A model generated the notes under the pieces. That model did no database searches. It was given only the letters and a program-made list of their open reading frames with translations, and had not been told where the DNA came from. A stretch of DNA of 64,000 nt from a virus: IMG/VR virus record IMGVR_UViG_3300047089_000307, positions 94,652 through 158,651 of that record; one strand, 5' to 3'. The position numbers and the translations under genes were made by a program. Below, in pieces: positions 30,101-38,517 of this stretch. Each line of letters opens with the position of its first letter. Position 1 is the first letter of the stretch.

Positions 30101-31874
30101 GCAACCCTCCACGCCCCCCGCAGACCCTCCGCAGCTACCCTCCACGGCCACCGGGACCGTCGCCTTCGACCTGGAGGGCGGCAGCGCCGACGAGCTGTTC
30201 ACCTACCGGCCGCACGACGAGCGCGGGTACGTCCGGCTGGCCGGCAGCCTGACCGCGGGCGGGGCGCCGGTCATCACGGGCGCGCCCGCGCTGCTGGAGC
30301 GGCTGGCCGCGGCGGGCGAGATCACCGGGCACAACATCCTCGGCTTCGACCTGCCCGCGCTGGCCTGGCACTGCGGCGCGGACTTCGAGGCGCTGGCGGC
30401 GAAGGCGAAGGACACCGAGCTGATCGCCCGGCAGGCGTGGCCGCCGCGGTCGCGGGAGGGCGGGCACTCCGCGGACGGCTACGGCCTGGACGCGGTGGCG
30501 CAGCGCCTGGGCATCCCGGGCAAGACTGATGACCTGGCCCGGCTCAAGCGCAGGCACGGCGGCTACGACAAGATCCCGCTGGACGACCCGGAGTACCTGT
30601 CGTACCTGGAGGGCGACCTGGCGGCCACGGCGGCGGTGTCCGCGATGCTGGGCAACGACGCCTACACCGTGCGCGAGCACAAGCTGGCCACGCTGGCGGG
30701 CCGGATGACGCTCAACGGCTTCCTGGTCGACGTCCCCCTGCTGGAGCAGCGGATAGCGCAGGGCCAGGAGCGCAAGGCCGCGGCGCTGGGGCTGCTGCAT
30801 GACGGCTGGGGCCTGCCGCTGACGAGAACACTGGCCCGGGGCCGCGGCAAGGCCCGGCATGAGGTGACGGAGGAGCTCGACTCCCCCCTGAGCGCGGAAT
30901 CCGGCAGGGAGTGGCTGGCGGGCGTGCTGGAGGGCTACGGGGTGACGGTGCCGCGGACGCCGAAGCAGGGCAAGCCGGCGGTGGGCGACGAGCAGCTGAG
31001 GGCCATCGCCGCTGACCCGGCCTGCCCGCAGCCGCTGCGGCAGCTGATCGCGTGCGTGAAGATCGTGGTGGGCACGCGGACGGTGTACCAGACGGCCGCG
31101 GACTGCCTGGCCCCGGACGGGCGCGTGCACCCGGGCAACAGCTTCCGGCAGGCGTCCGGGCGCTGGTCGGTGACCAACCCGGGGCTGACCGTCTTCGGCA
31201 AGCACGGCGGGCGGCATGCCGAGCGCGACATCTTCGTCCCCGACCCCGGCCACGTGCTGCTGTGCTTCGACCTCAAGCAGGTGGACATGCGGGCGATGGC
31301 CGGGCACTGCGGCGACCCCGCCTACATGGCGCTGTTCGCCCCGGGCCGGGACGCGCACGCGGAGATCGCCGCGCAGGTGGGCATCAAGCGCCAGGACGCC
31401 AAGGCGATCGGGCACGGCTGGAACTACGGGCTGGGCGCGAACCGGATGATCCGCAACGGCCTCGATGAGGCGCTGGTGCGCAAGTTCATCGCCGGGATGA
31501 CCGAGCGGTTCCCGGTGCTGATCGCCTGGCGCGAGGAGATCCGCGCGGCGGGCAAGGCCGGCGACGTGCTGGACAACGGCTTCGGCCGCCGGATGGCGTG
31601 CGACCCGGAGCGCGCCTACACCGTGGCCCCGGCGCTGATGGGCCAGGGCGGGGCGCGGGACATCATGGGCGAGTGCCTGCTGCGGCTGGACCGCTCGCTG
31701 TGGCCGCTGCTACGGGTGATGGTCCACGATGAGATAGTCTGCTCGGTTCCTAAAGAGGATGCTGTTGACGTAGCGCGGCAAGTTACCAGGGCGATGACAT
31801 GGACCTGGCGGAATGTCCCTATACTTTGTGATCTCAGTGGCGGAAGCAGCTGGGGAGAGGCGTCTGCAAAGTGA
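27186..31874 (+). CDS. fused Prim-Pol primase / D5-like SF3 helicase / family A DNA polymerase
   Basis: IGIDVDD prim-pol; GPTNRGKT, FIDE, LKQLTGG helicase; FDLE, GHNILGFDL exonuclease; SGRWS, FDLKQVDMR, KAIGHGWNYG, VHDE PolA motifs. Confidence 0.92.
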   Translation: MSATGGAGVFSGAAADYVLAGWPCVIPVPPDAKFPPPAGFTGATGTDTTTEDIVGWAGNGMSGFSVALRMPDGVIGIDVDDYVKNGTVKAGAATLAQLEAELGALPPTWSSTARGTPAGPGLSRIMFFRVPAGRYATRCGADIDVIQRHHRYAVVAPSPHAGAGARYRWYRPDGTPAMDGEVPRPGDFPLLPDSWAKRLAEGATTAGPPPADPASGRALLDWLLADQRMPCAEADEAGRAAAAELAGAPAGSRHDAMTGHVYHVIALGAEGHAGAGSVLGWLEQRWEELTGAENRGGEFDRMLFTAARKAAGRAIPDPYADPCMDARPLGWDALAAPLDDDASADDALEAPAQWSPRHAWGAHLFATSAQLDSVLARDILMRTYPGLRYAADAGTWLLRGPLRWEARPGEQARWAVEEMFWLLPRGDSGAPEGTEPHEQAKRRARFGTNAGAGAIAAKMTAQVMGGHHPCSLDMAGLDHDAEILWAGGYPYDLRACGSGPVQAALSLETVHMHSAGCAPRRGATPLWDAFLAAVWPDPEVRAWAVRVLAVTLTGYSDKALPILLGPTNRGKTQVIALLMSVLGSYAHAADPRLLAPADRSHASIVHALKGRRCSFIDEAPRSGQQAQERLKQLTGGGELTGNRMAENPITFKPTHTLILTANPGSEPKLTDGAVRSRVRLIPCEGDPEAVRAARAAIGPLAGPAWRAEAPAVLAMMMAQAAAWLADPESASTERAPLCVRAAADTAAAAQDLAYAWLTEECEHWEAGTKAGQLYQEFVAWCRRVNVAPHDIPKMTAWGLRLNDLGYLPQKRRDANYRQLRVRLGGYDGGLAPSTVPTAAPSAVPAAAPVPSTLPSAGLAAPVPSTVPTAGNPAATPAVPAAPPATVEGTAPVEGLVEGTWRVDGKPSTLQNPRSNPPQLSTVEGVDTLSPVIRTHTRTHTHTHVSEYHPTLHTLHNPPPPAETHFEPSTDPPQPSTPPADPPQLPSTATGTVAFDLEGGSADELFTYRPHDERGYVRLAGSLTAGGAPVITGAPALLERLAAAGEITGHNILGFDLPALAWHCGADFEALAAKAKDTELIARQAWPPRSREGGHSADGYGLDAVAQRLGIPGKTDDLARLKRRHGGYDKIPLDDPEYLSYLEGDLAATAAVSAMLGNDAYTVREHKLATLAGRMTLNGFLVDVPLLEQRIAQGQERKAAALGLLHDGWGLPLTRTLARGRGKARHEVTEELDSPLSAESGREWLAGVLEGYGVTVPRTPKQGKPAVGDEQLRAIAADPACPQPLRQLIACVKIVVGTRTVYQTAADCLAPDGRVHPGNSFRQASGRWSVTNPGLTVFGKHGGRHAERDIFVPDPGHVLLCFDLKQVDMRAMAGHCGDPAYMALFAPGRDAHAEIAAQVGIKRQDAKAIGHGWNYGLGANRMIRNGLDEALVRKFIAGMTERFPVLIAWREEIRAAGKAGDVLDNGFGRRMACDPERAYTVAPALMGQGGARDIMGECLLRLDRSLWPLLRVMVHDEIVCSVPKEDAVDVARQVTRAMTWTWRNVPILCDLSGGSSWGEASAK
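29675..30150. repeat. CCCTCCAC/GTGGAGGG iteron-like cluster with (CA)n tract; putative replication origin
   Basis: About 15 copies of CCCTCC(A/G)C in both orientations, lower GC, CA dinucleotide run near 29985-30013. Confidence 0.65.
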
Positions 31875-31896
31875 GCAATAACTGGGACCCGGCAGC

Positions 31897-31956
31897 GTTC
31901 CCATCCTGTGTGACCTGAATGGCGGGAGCAGCTGGGGAGAGGCGTCTGCAAAGTGA
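31897..31956 (+). pseudogene. duplicated 60-bp 3' end of the polymerase gene
   Basis: Encodes VPILCDLNGGSSWGEASAK* versus VPILCDLSGGSSWGEASAK* at 31815-31874. Confidence 0.85.
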
Positions 31957-31968
31957 TACCCTCGTGCC

Positions 31969-32229
31969 ATGAGGGACGATATCCCGCTGGGCGCCCTGCG
32001 GTTCGTCACCGTCTCGGAGGTGGCGTCCGCGCTGCGCGTGTCGAGGATGACCGTCTACCGGATGGTGAAGGACGGGACGCTGGACGCCGTGCGGTTCGGG
32101 CGCAGCTTCCGCATCCGCGAGGACTCGGTGGAGTCCTACCTGCGCGCCGCGGTGGTCACCCCGGGCGCGGTGGTCACCCCGGGCGCGGTGGTCACCCCGG
32201 GCGAGGTGGCCGCCGGGACCGTGGCGTGA
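31969..32229 (+). CDS. excisionase-like HTH protein
   Basis: TVSEVASALRVSRMTVYRMV..G.L.AVRFGRSFRI; three 18-bp repeats at the 3' end. Confidence 0.85.
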   Translation: MRDDIPLGALRFVTVSEVASALRVSRMTVYRMVKDGTLDAVRFGRSFRIREDSVESYLRAAVVTPGAVVTPGAVVTPGEVAAGTVA

Positions 32230-32353
32230 GCGCGAGCGGGCGCCGGGGAAGCTGATGACGGCCCGGCCGGGGGGCCGCGTGGTATCTTGACGTCGTTGAC
32301 GGCTGAGGCCCTTCCCGGGAGCCAGTTCGGCCCCTGGCTCCTGGGAGGCAGCC

Positions 32354-33253
32354 GTGGCGAAGGGCATTGACTACGCGAACTTCCCGCACCCGTCCCCGGC
32401 GGCCATCAAGGCGGCGGGCTTTGAGTTCGTCATGCGCTATGCCAGCCCGGCTGCCGCCAACGACGCCAACGGCAAGAACCTGCTCAAGGGTGAGCTGACG
32501 GCGCTGCTGGCCGCCGGGCTGAAGGTGGGCCTGGTCTTCGAGTACGCCGCGCGGCAGATGCTGAAGGGCCGCGTGCAGGGCGTGGCCGACGCGCAGCACA
32601 GTGACGCGGTGGCCAAGGGCCTGGGGATGCCCGGCCTGCCGGTGTACTTCGCCGCCGACTGGGACGTGGCCCCCGGGGAGCAGGCGCAGGTGAACGCGTA
32701 CCTGGACGGCGCGGCCTCGGTGATCGGCAAGCCCCGGACCGGGATCTACGGCGGCTACTACCCGGTGAAGCGGGCGCTGGACGGCGGGCACGCGGCCTGG
32801 GCCTGGCAGGCGCTGGCCTGGTCCGGCGGCCAGTGGGACCCCCGGGCGAGCATCCGCCAGCACCTGGGCGTCACGGTGGGCGGCGCCAGCTGCGATGCCG
32901 ACGAATCCATGACGGCGGACTTCGGGCAATGGCCGCGCCCGGCCGTGACGCCTCCCGTGACGCCCCCGCCCGTCATCCCCCCGCCTTCCCCTGCCTACCC
33001 GGTGCCCGCGGCCCTGACGGCCGTCGTGCGCCCGCTGGTGACGCTCGCCTGGGCACCGGGGGACCCGCTGTCCCCGCACTGGCGCGTTCAGGTGGCCGCG
33101 GACGCGGCCGGGAAGCCGGGCGAGGTCACCGTGTCGATGGTGACGACCCTCAGCCACGCCTCGATGAGCCTGCCGGCTGCCGGGAGGTACTGGGCCCGCG
33201 TGCAGGCGGCGGGCAACAGCCCGTTCACGACCTGGCAGGCGTTCACCGCGTAG
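32354..33253 (+). CDS. endolysin, DUF1906/Rv2525c-like glycoside hydrolase
   Basis: FVMRY, VFE, PVYFAADWD, GIYGG, WQALAWSGG; Pro-rich linker and beta-rich C-terminal domain. Confidence 0.85.
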   Translation: MAKGIDYANFPHPSPAAIKAAGFEFVMRYASPAAANDANGKNLLKGELTALLAAGLKVGLVFEYAARQMLKGRVQGVADAQHSDAVAKGLGMPGLPVYFAADWDVAPGEQAQVNAYLDGAASVIGKPRTGIYGGYYPVKRALDGGHAAWAWQALAWSGGQWDPRASIRQHLGVTVGGASCDADESMTADFGQWPRPAVTPPVTPPPVIPPPSPAYPVPAALTAVVRPLVTLAWAPGDPLSPHWRVQVAADAAGKPGEVTVSMVTTLSHASMSLPAAGRYWARVQAAGNSPFTTWQAFTA

Positions 33254-33264
33254 GGTATGACGCC

Positions 33265-33558
33265 ATGAGGCTCTGGGCTCAGAACAAGTTCCTGGTGACG
33301 CGGCGGGACGGCACGGTGCCTGAGTGGCCGTGGTTCGTCCTGGGAGCGCGCGATCCTGCTGCCCCCGCGGCCCTGAGGGCTTACGCGGACGCTGCGGACG
33401 CTCACGGGATGGACCCGGAGTACACGGCGGACCTCCGGGAGCTTGCCGTGGCCTTCGAGCGCTTCCGGGAGGACCACGGCACGGGTGACCCTGACGCGGC
33501 CCCGCACCGCGCTGATGATCCCGTCACGGCTAGCCGGATGAGGCCCAGGTTCTCGTGA
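33265..33558 (+). CDS. conserved hypothetical phage protein
   Basis: FVLGARDPAAPAALRAYA motif. Confidence 0.65.
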   Translation: MRLWAQNKFLVTRRDGTVPEWPWFVLGARDPAAPAALRAYADAADAHGMDPEYTADLRELAVAFERFREDHGTGDPDAAPHRADDPVTASRMRPRFS

Positions 33559-33678
33559 CGCTCACCGGCTGGGCCATGCTCGCCGTCTTCATCGCCGGGC
33601 TGTACCTCGGCCGCAAGACCGTGCGCCGCAAGGGCAAGCGCAAGGGCAAGGACGAGTGCAAGGACGAGAAGGACTGAC

Positions 33679-34056
33679 GTGCCGCGTCCCCCGGGAATCG
33701 GCAGCCACGCGTGGGACCTGCTGCGGATGCGCGTGTTCGGGACGCACGGCACCGTGTGCCACCTGTGCGGCCATGGCGGGGCGCGGACGGTCGATCACGT
33801 GATCCCCGTGACGGAGCGCCCGGACCTGGCCCTGTCACTGGCTAACCTGCGCCCGGCGCACGGGTCGGGGAACCGCTGCCCGACGTGCAGCGTGGCGGCC
33901 GGCAAGCCGGTTTTCTGCAACGAGATCAAGCACGGCATGAGCACCGACCGCGCTAAGCGCAAGATCCAGGAGAGAACGGGGCTGCGGCCAGGTGAGCAGC
34001 CTTCCCTGGCGACGGCGAAACCTCCGGTTCCGGCAGATTCCGGCCGTGAATGGTAA
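33679..34056 (+). CDS. HNH endonuclease
   Basis: CHLCG...TVDHVIP...NLRPAH...CN. Confidence 0.88.
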   Translation: MPRPPGIGSHAWDLLRMRVFGTHGTVCHLCGHGGARTVDHVIPVTERPDLALSLANLRPAHGSGNRCPTCSVAAGKPVFCNEIKHGMSTDRAKRKIQERTGLRPGEQPSLATAKPPVPADSGREW

Positions 34057-34174
34057 AGAGGCCGTGAATGGCGAGGCGCCGCCGCGCTTTCCCCCGGTGA
34101 GCGGGAACCAGGAAGCGGCAGGGCAGGGAGCGCAGGCTCGTGGTGACGCTGAGCGGGAAAACCCCCCAGGCATG

Positions 34175-34211
34175 AAAAAAGCCCGCTCTCATGGCCTGAG
34201 AGCGGGCTTTT
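34175..34211. terminator. bidirectional intrinsic terminator
   Basis: AAAAAA-GCCCGCTCTCA-tggcc-TGAGAGCGGGC-TTTT at the convergence of the two gene arms. Confidence 0.9.
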
Positions 34212-34525
34212 CCGCGTTTTTACTCCCAAATGGAGCTGTCTATCCAGAATCCGGCATCTTGCGCCTTGTTCCGTTCAGCGATGAGCTTGGCCTGAAGGGG
34301 CTTGACGTCAAAGCCGTCCAGCTGCGCGGCCAGCTCTGCCAGCACCATGAAGGTGCGCATCGTGTACGCCAGGATTACGGCCTCGTACCCGTTAGTCACG
34401 GGCGTGAATTCCGCAATTCGCTGCCGGATGATATCTGCTAGCTCTCCGGTGATGCGCTCGGCCATGCGCACGGGGATGGCGGCGGTTACTTCCTCTTTCT
34501 TTTCTTGCATCTCCCTTTCCTTCTT

Positions 34526-35119
34526 TCATCCTCCCAGGCCGGATTCCCAGTTATTGCCATTGCGGACGGCCTCCGCCAGCGCGGCGCCCCCGTCCCCGGA
34601 GCCGGACGACGCCACGATGGCCCCGTCCACCGCGATGGTCACCGTCACCGGCCCGGCTCCCTGCGTGAGGGCCGACAGCACGTACCCGTCCGCGCCAGGG
34701 CGCAGCGGCTCCGTGAGCGTCATCGGCGACGAGCCGGCGGCCAGGGCGTCACCGTAGGCGCCGTAGGAGACGGCCGCCGGCCCGCCGCGCACGATGAACG
34801 TGACCGTCTCCGGCACCGGCACCGGGGCGGGCGGCGGCCAGGACGGCACGTCACCCGGGCACCAGTCCTGCGCCAGCTCGCCGGCCCGGCAGCTGACGCC
34901 GCGGGCGTCAGTGACCACCGGGTTAGCGTCTGCCGGGCACAGCCCCGCGGCGGTCAGGGCCGCCGCCGGGCACGAGGCCCCGAGGCTGTCGGTGACCGTG
35001 CCCGGCGCGGGGACCGCGGACGGCAGGGCCAGCGCCCTGGACGGCGCGCTGGAGCACCCGGCGACTGCGATGGCCGCGGCGGCCAGGGCCACGGCGGCAG
35101 CCGCGGTCCTGGCCGTCAT
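34526..35119 (-). CDS. putative lipoprotein
   Basis: MTARTAAAAVALAAAAIAVAGC signal peptide with lipobox. Confidence 0.6.
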   Translation of the reverse strand: MTARTAAAAVALAAAAIAVAGCSSAPSRALALPSAVPAPGTVTDSLGASCPAAALTAAGLCPADANPVVTDARGVSCRAGELAQDWCPGDVPSWPPPAPVPVPETVTFIVRGGPAAVSYGAYGDALAAGSSPMTLTEPLRPGADGYVLSALTQGAGPVTVTIAVDGAIVASSGSGDGGAALAEAVRNGNNWESGLGG

Positions 35120-37776
35120 TCCGGGGCCGTCCGGAGGGACTGGGCGTGATGGCTGACTTCCTCTGCCACCTCGCGCCGTCCCTGCGCCCTGGCACGGGAC
35201 AGGGCGACGCGGATCAGCTCGGCTACCCCCCGGGGGACGTAGTCCGGCAGGGTGAGGACGACGACCCCGTTCTCCGGGGCGGTTCCCTCGAAGATGACCC
35301 ACTCCGGGCGCTCCCGGTCCCGGTCCAGGTAGTACCTCATTTTGCCGGCCCGTCCAGGCTGTAGCGCCCGCTCAGGCGCTCGGGCAGCGTGGAGATGAAC
35401 TCGGCGGCCTCCAGCTCGGTGTCAAAGTCACCCAGGACGATGGCCTGTACCCCGGTGCCGGATTCTCCCGGAACGCGGGCCTCCTTCCAGTCGCAGACGA
35501 CGTACGGTTTCATGGCTGGTTGCTCTCTCATGATCCTTCCCTTCTCTCAAGCCTGCCGCCGAGCTGTGCCTGGCGCAGGCCGAACTGGTAGCCGCAGCGC
35601 AGCCCGCAGAAGCAGTCATCGGCGTAGGCGCCCAGGCCGGCAGCGGGCCGTACGGCGTAGCTGAGGCCCTCACGTTCCATGCGCCCGGTGTCCAGGACCG
35701 TGGTCCGGCGCAGCCTCCGGCCGCACCACAGGCACGTGGCCGACTGGCCGGAGTACCCGAACGGCTGCCGGTCGCCGCTCATGACCGTTCCCCGGACAGG
35801 GTGTCGATGACCGCCTGGGCCTCCGGGCACGGCCACGTCCGCCGCTGGCCGCCCTTGTCCCGGCACTGGCATGTCATCCACGTCCCGTCCCATCCGTGAT
35901 GCTGCTCCGGCTCGTGGAAGGACAAGGCGGCCAGCAGCGCCGCGGCGACCGTCTCCTTCGGCAGCTGCGCGAGCAGCTGGTCATAGTGCAGGACGGCGGT
36001 GGCCTGCGGTGGCCCTTCCCGGCCCGTGGCCGGGCTGGCCCTATGGCGCCTGGCTGGCATCGTCTTCCTCCTCGTTGAAGAACCCGGTTTCCGCGAGCTG
36101 GATCAGCCCTTCCAGGTCGATGGTCCCGTTGCGCCACGCGGCGGCCAGGTTCGCGGCCTCGTAGTCCATCAGGACCACCCGTGCAGGCTGCGCCCGGTGA
36201 TGCTGATGCCCTGCACCGCGGGGGGAAGCGCGTTCCCCGTTTCCTGGGTGAACCGCGCCCCGGCCCGCAGGGCGGCCTCCGCCTTGTTGCGGGCCTTGAC
36301 CCAGATCGTGAACCTCTTCCTCTCGCCACCCGGCGGGCCGTAATCGAAGATGACCGTGTAGCCCCTCACGACGCGGCCTCCGTGTCCTCGCGCGGGAGCT
36401 GGCCGGCCTCGGCTTCCGCTGCCGCCTGCGCCCGCTCCCGGGCCTGGGCCGCCTTGTGCTGGCGGTGCTCGTACAGCGTGGGGACCACCCCGCCGTCGTC
36501 CTTGTGGGCCTGCGCCTGCGCGAGCACGGCGGCCCGCAGCGACCTGGGCAGTCCCGCGACGGCGCGCTGGACCGACTCGGAGTAGCACCACCAGCAGAAC
36601 TTCGGCTGCTTTCTTATCTCATTGACGGCCATTATCCTTCTCCTCGTGAAAACGTGACGTGCCGGGGAATCCTGCGCGCGGACAGGGACAGGGATTCAGG
36701 GACGACTCCCTCGGTGCGTGAGTCAAGGTCCAGCCGCAGTTTCCATCCGGCCAGGAAAAGCGCTGACTCCTTGCTGAGCGCCCGGACGGTAAGGACGATC
36801 TCCCGCCTGTCCGGGCGGTTGACGTTCACGCGGAACGCAGCCGTTACCTGATAGGTGAACAAGCTCATAGCCGCAGCGCCTGCGTCATCCCCCAGGCCCT
36901 GACTTCCTCTTCGGTGGGCTCTCCGGGGGATATGACCTGGTATTCATCGGCCCACCAGCGGCGTTTTGCCGGCTCCGTGGCGAGAAGTTCCCGGATGGCG
37001 TGCTCCAGCTCGGCGACGGGGCGCTTCTCCTGCATTTCCTCGTGGCTGCGCGGCATGTACCACGCGATAAGGATGTTGGCCACGTCCTCGCGGGTCAGGG
37101 ACCACGTTGTCCGGACGTGCGCTATCTTCTCGGTGCCCCTCACCCAGTTAAACCTGATTGCCATTCTCCCCCTCCTTTCCCGGCTTTTCGTTCGCCTTCC
37201 GGTTGTCTTTCCGGGTGCGCCGGTTATACCAGTACGCGCTGGCGTCGATGGCCCCGGGCAGCAGCCGGTCAGCGACGTCCGTGAGGAACCAGGCCACGCT
37301 GGAGACGGCGAACCCGAGCGGGAACAGCGCCGCGCGCACGGGCAGCGGCCAGCGCTGCTGCCAGTACGACGGGAACTCCGCCGCGCCCTCCCTGGCCTCT
37401 TCCTGCCAGCGCTGCGCCCGGTACGCCAGCTCCTGCCAGCTGCGGGTGACGCGGTAGGACACCCACCGCCAGTCCAGCCAGCGGATCATGTACGGCAGCA
37501 CGACGACCTGGCACTTCGGGCAGCGGTACAGCCGCCAGCGCCACAGCGGCAGCATGCCGTCCTCGTCATAGGTCTTCAGGTAGCCGCTGTCGCAGCGCCG
37601 GACCCGGGCGTAGCGCAGGCCGCCGCCTGCCCACCCGGGGCAGCGCCGGAGCTTGTCATAGCACGGGCGGCTGACGCGGAATCGCGCCGCGGGGCCTTCC
37701 ATGCTGCCGGTGAGCATTCCCAGGACCTGCGATCCGGTGAGCTTCCCCGTGTCGGAGACAGGCTCGTTTTCCTCTG

Positions 37777-38517
37777 TCATGGTGCGTAGTTCCCTTCCCT
37801 GATGCGCGTGACGTGCGCGTAGATGACGGTGCCGTCCGCGCCGGAGTCAAAGGATCGTTCCCCGGTGTGGTGCGTGAACTGGTAGTCGCCGGGCGGCACG
37901 CTGATGACGGTGTCGCCGTAGCCGAGTGCCAGCGCGTTCCCGCCCCGCGAGGCCCAGTCCTCGAAGTCGGCGATGCTGTAAGCCCACAGGTCAGTGCAGG
38001 TCTTTGCCAGCAGCGTCCAGCCCTGCGGGGTCGCCTCCTCCTGCGAGAGCCCGGTCTCGCCGTCGCCCGGGTAATAGTCCAGGCTGGCGATGGCGTAAGA
38101 GTCCCCCCCGGTGCTGAAAAGCCCCGGCGAGGTGTTGCCGACCGGGCCGAACGCGCAGCCGGCCCGCTCCATGGCCACCATCGCCTGGTGCTGGCCGAGG
38201 AGGGAGTTGTAGCTGACGGTCAGGTCCCCGGCCTGCCAGTCGTAGACCGGGCGCAGGCTGTCGCTGACGATCAGCTTCCCGGACGGCACCGCCAGCGTGA
38301 CGATCGTGGTGATGCCGCCGGCGTACGGGCACGGGCCCTGCATCCAGGCGGCGTCACCGGCAATCCGCAGCCAGGGGGAGGCGTCGCAGGACTGGCACGG
38401 GAAGGGAAGCTCCGGGGAGAACGCGCGGCCGAAGCCGTCATCCTCGATGATCATGATCACCTGGCCGTCCGGGACGCTGAGCAGGTGCCCGTTCGCCCGG
38501 AAGATCATGCGCTTCAT
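37777..38517 (-). CDS. hypothetical protein
   Basis: 246-aa ORF, typical codon usage, coupled starts and stops. Confidence 0.7.
   Translation of the reverse strand: MKRMIFRANGHLLSVPDGQVIMIIEDDGFGRAFSPELPFPCQSCDASPWLRIAGDAAWMQGPCPYAGGITTIVTLAVPSGKLIVSDSLRPVYDWQAGDLTVSYNSLLGQHQAMVAMERAGCAFGPVGNTSPGLFSTGGDSYAIASLDYYPGDGETGLSQEEATPQGWTLLAKTCTDLWAYSIADFEDWASRGGNALALGYGDTVISVPPGDYQFTHHTGERSFDSGADGTVIYAHVTRIREGNYAP

Noticed and set aside
26769-31415. Long antisense ORFs opposite the primase-polymerase gene (and similar ones elsewhere)
   Set aside because: Shadow ORFs typical of high-GC coding DNA
31815-31956. Diversity-generating retroelement VR/TR pair
   Set aside because: Differences are mostly synonymous third positions, not adenine-specific; no reverse transcriptase in the window
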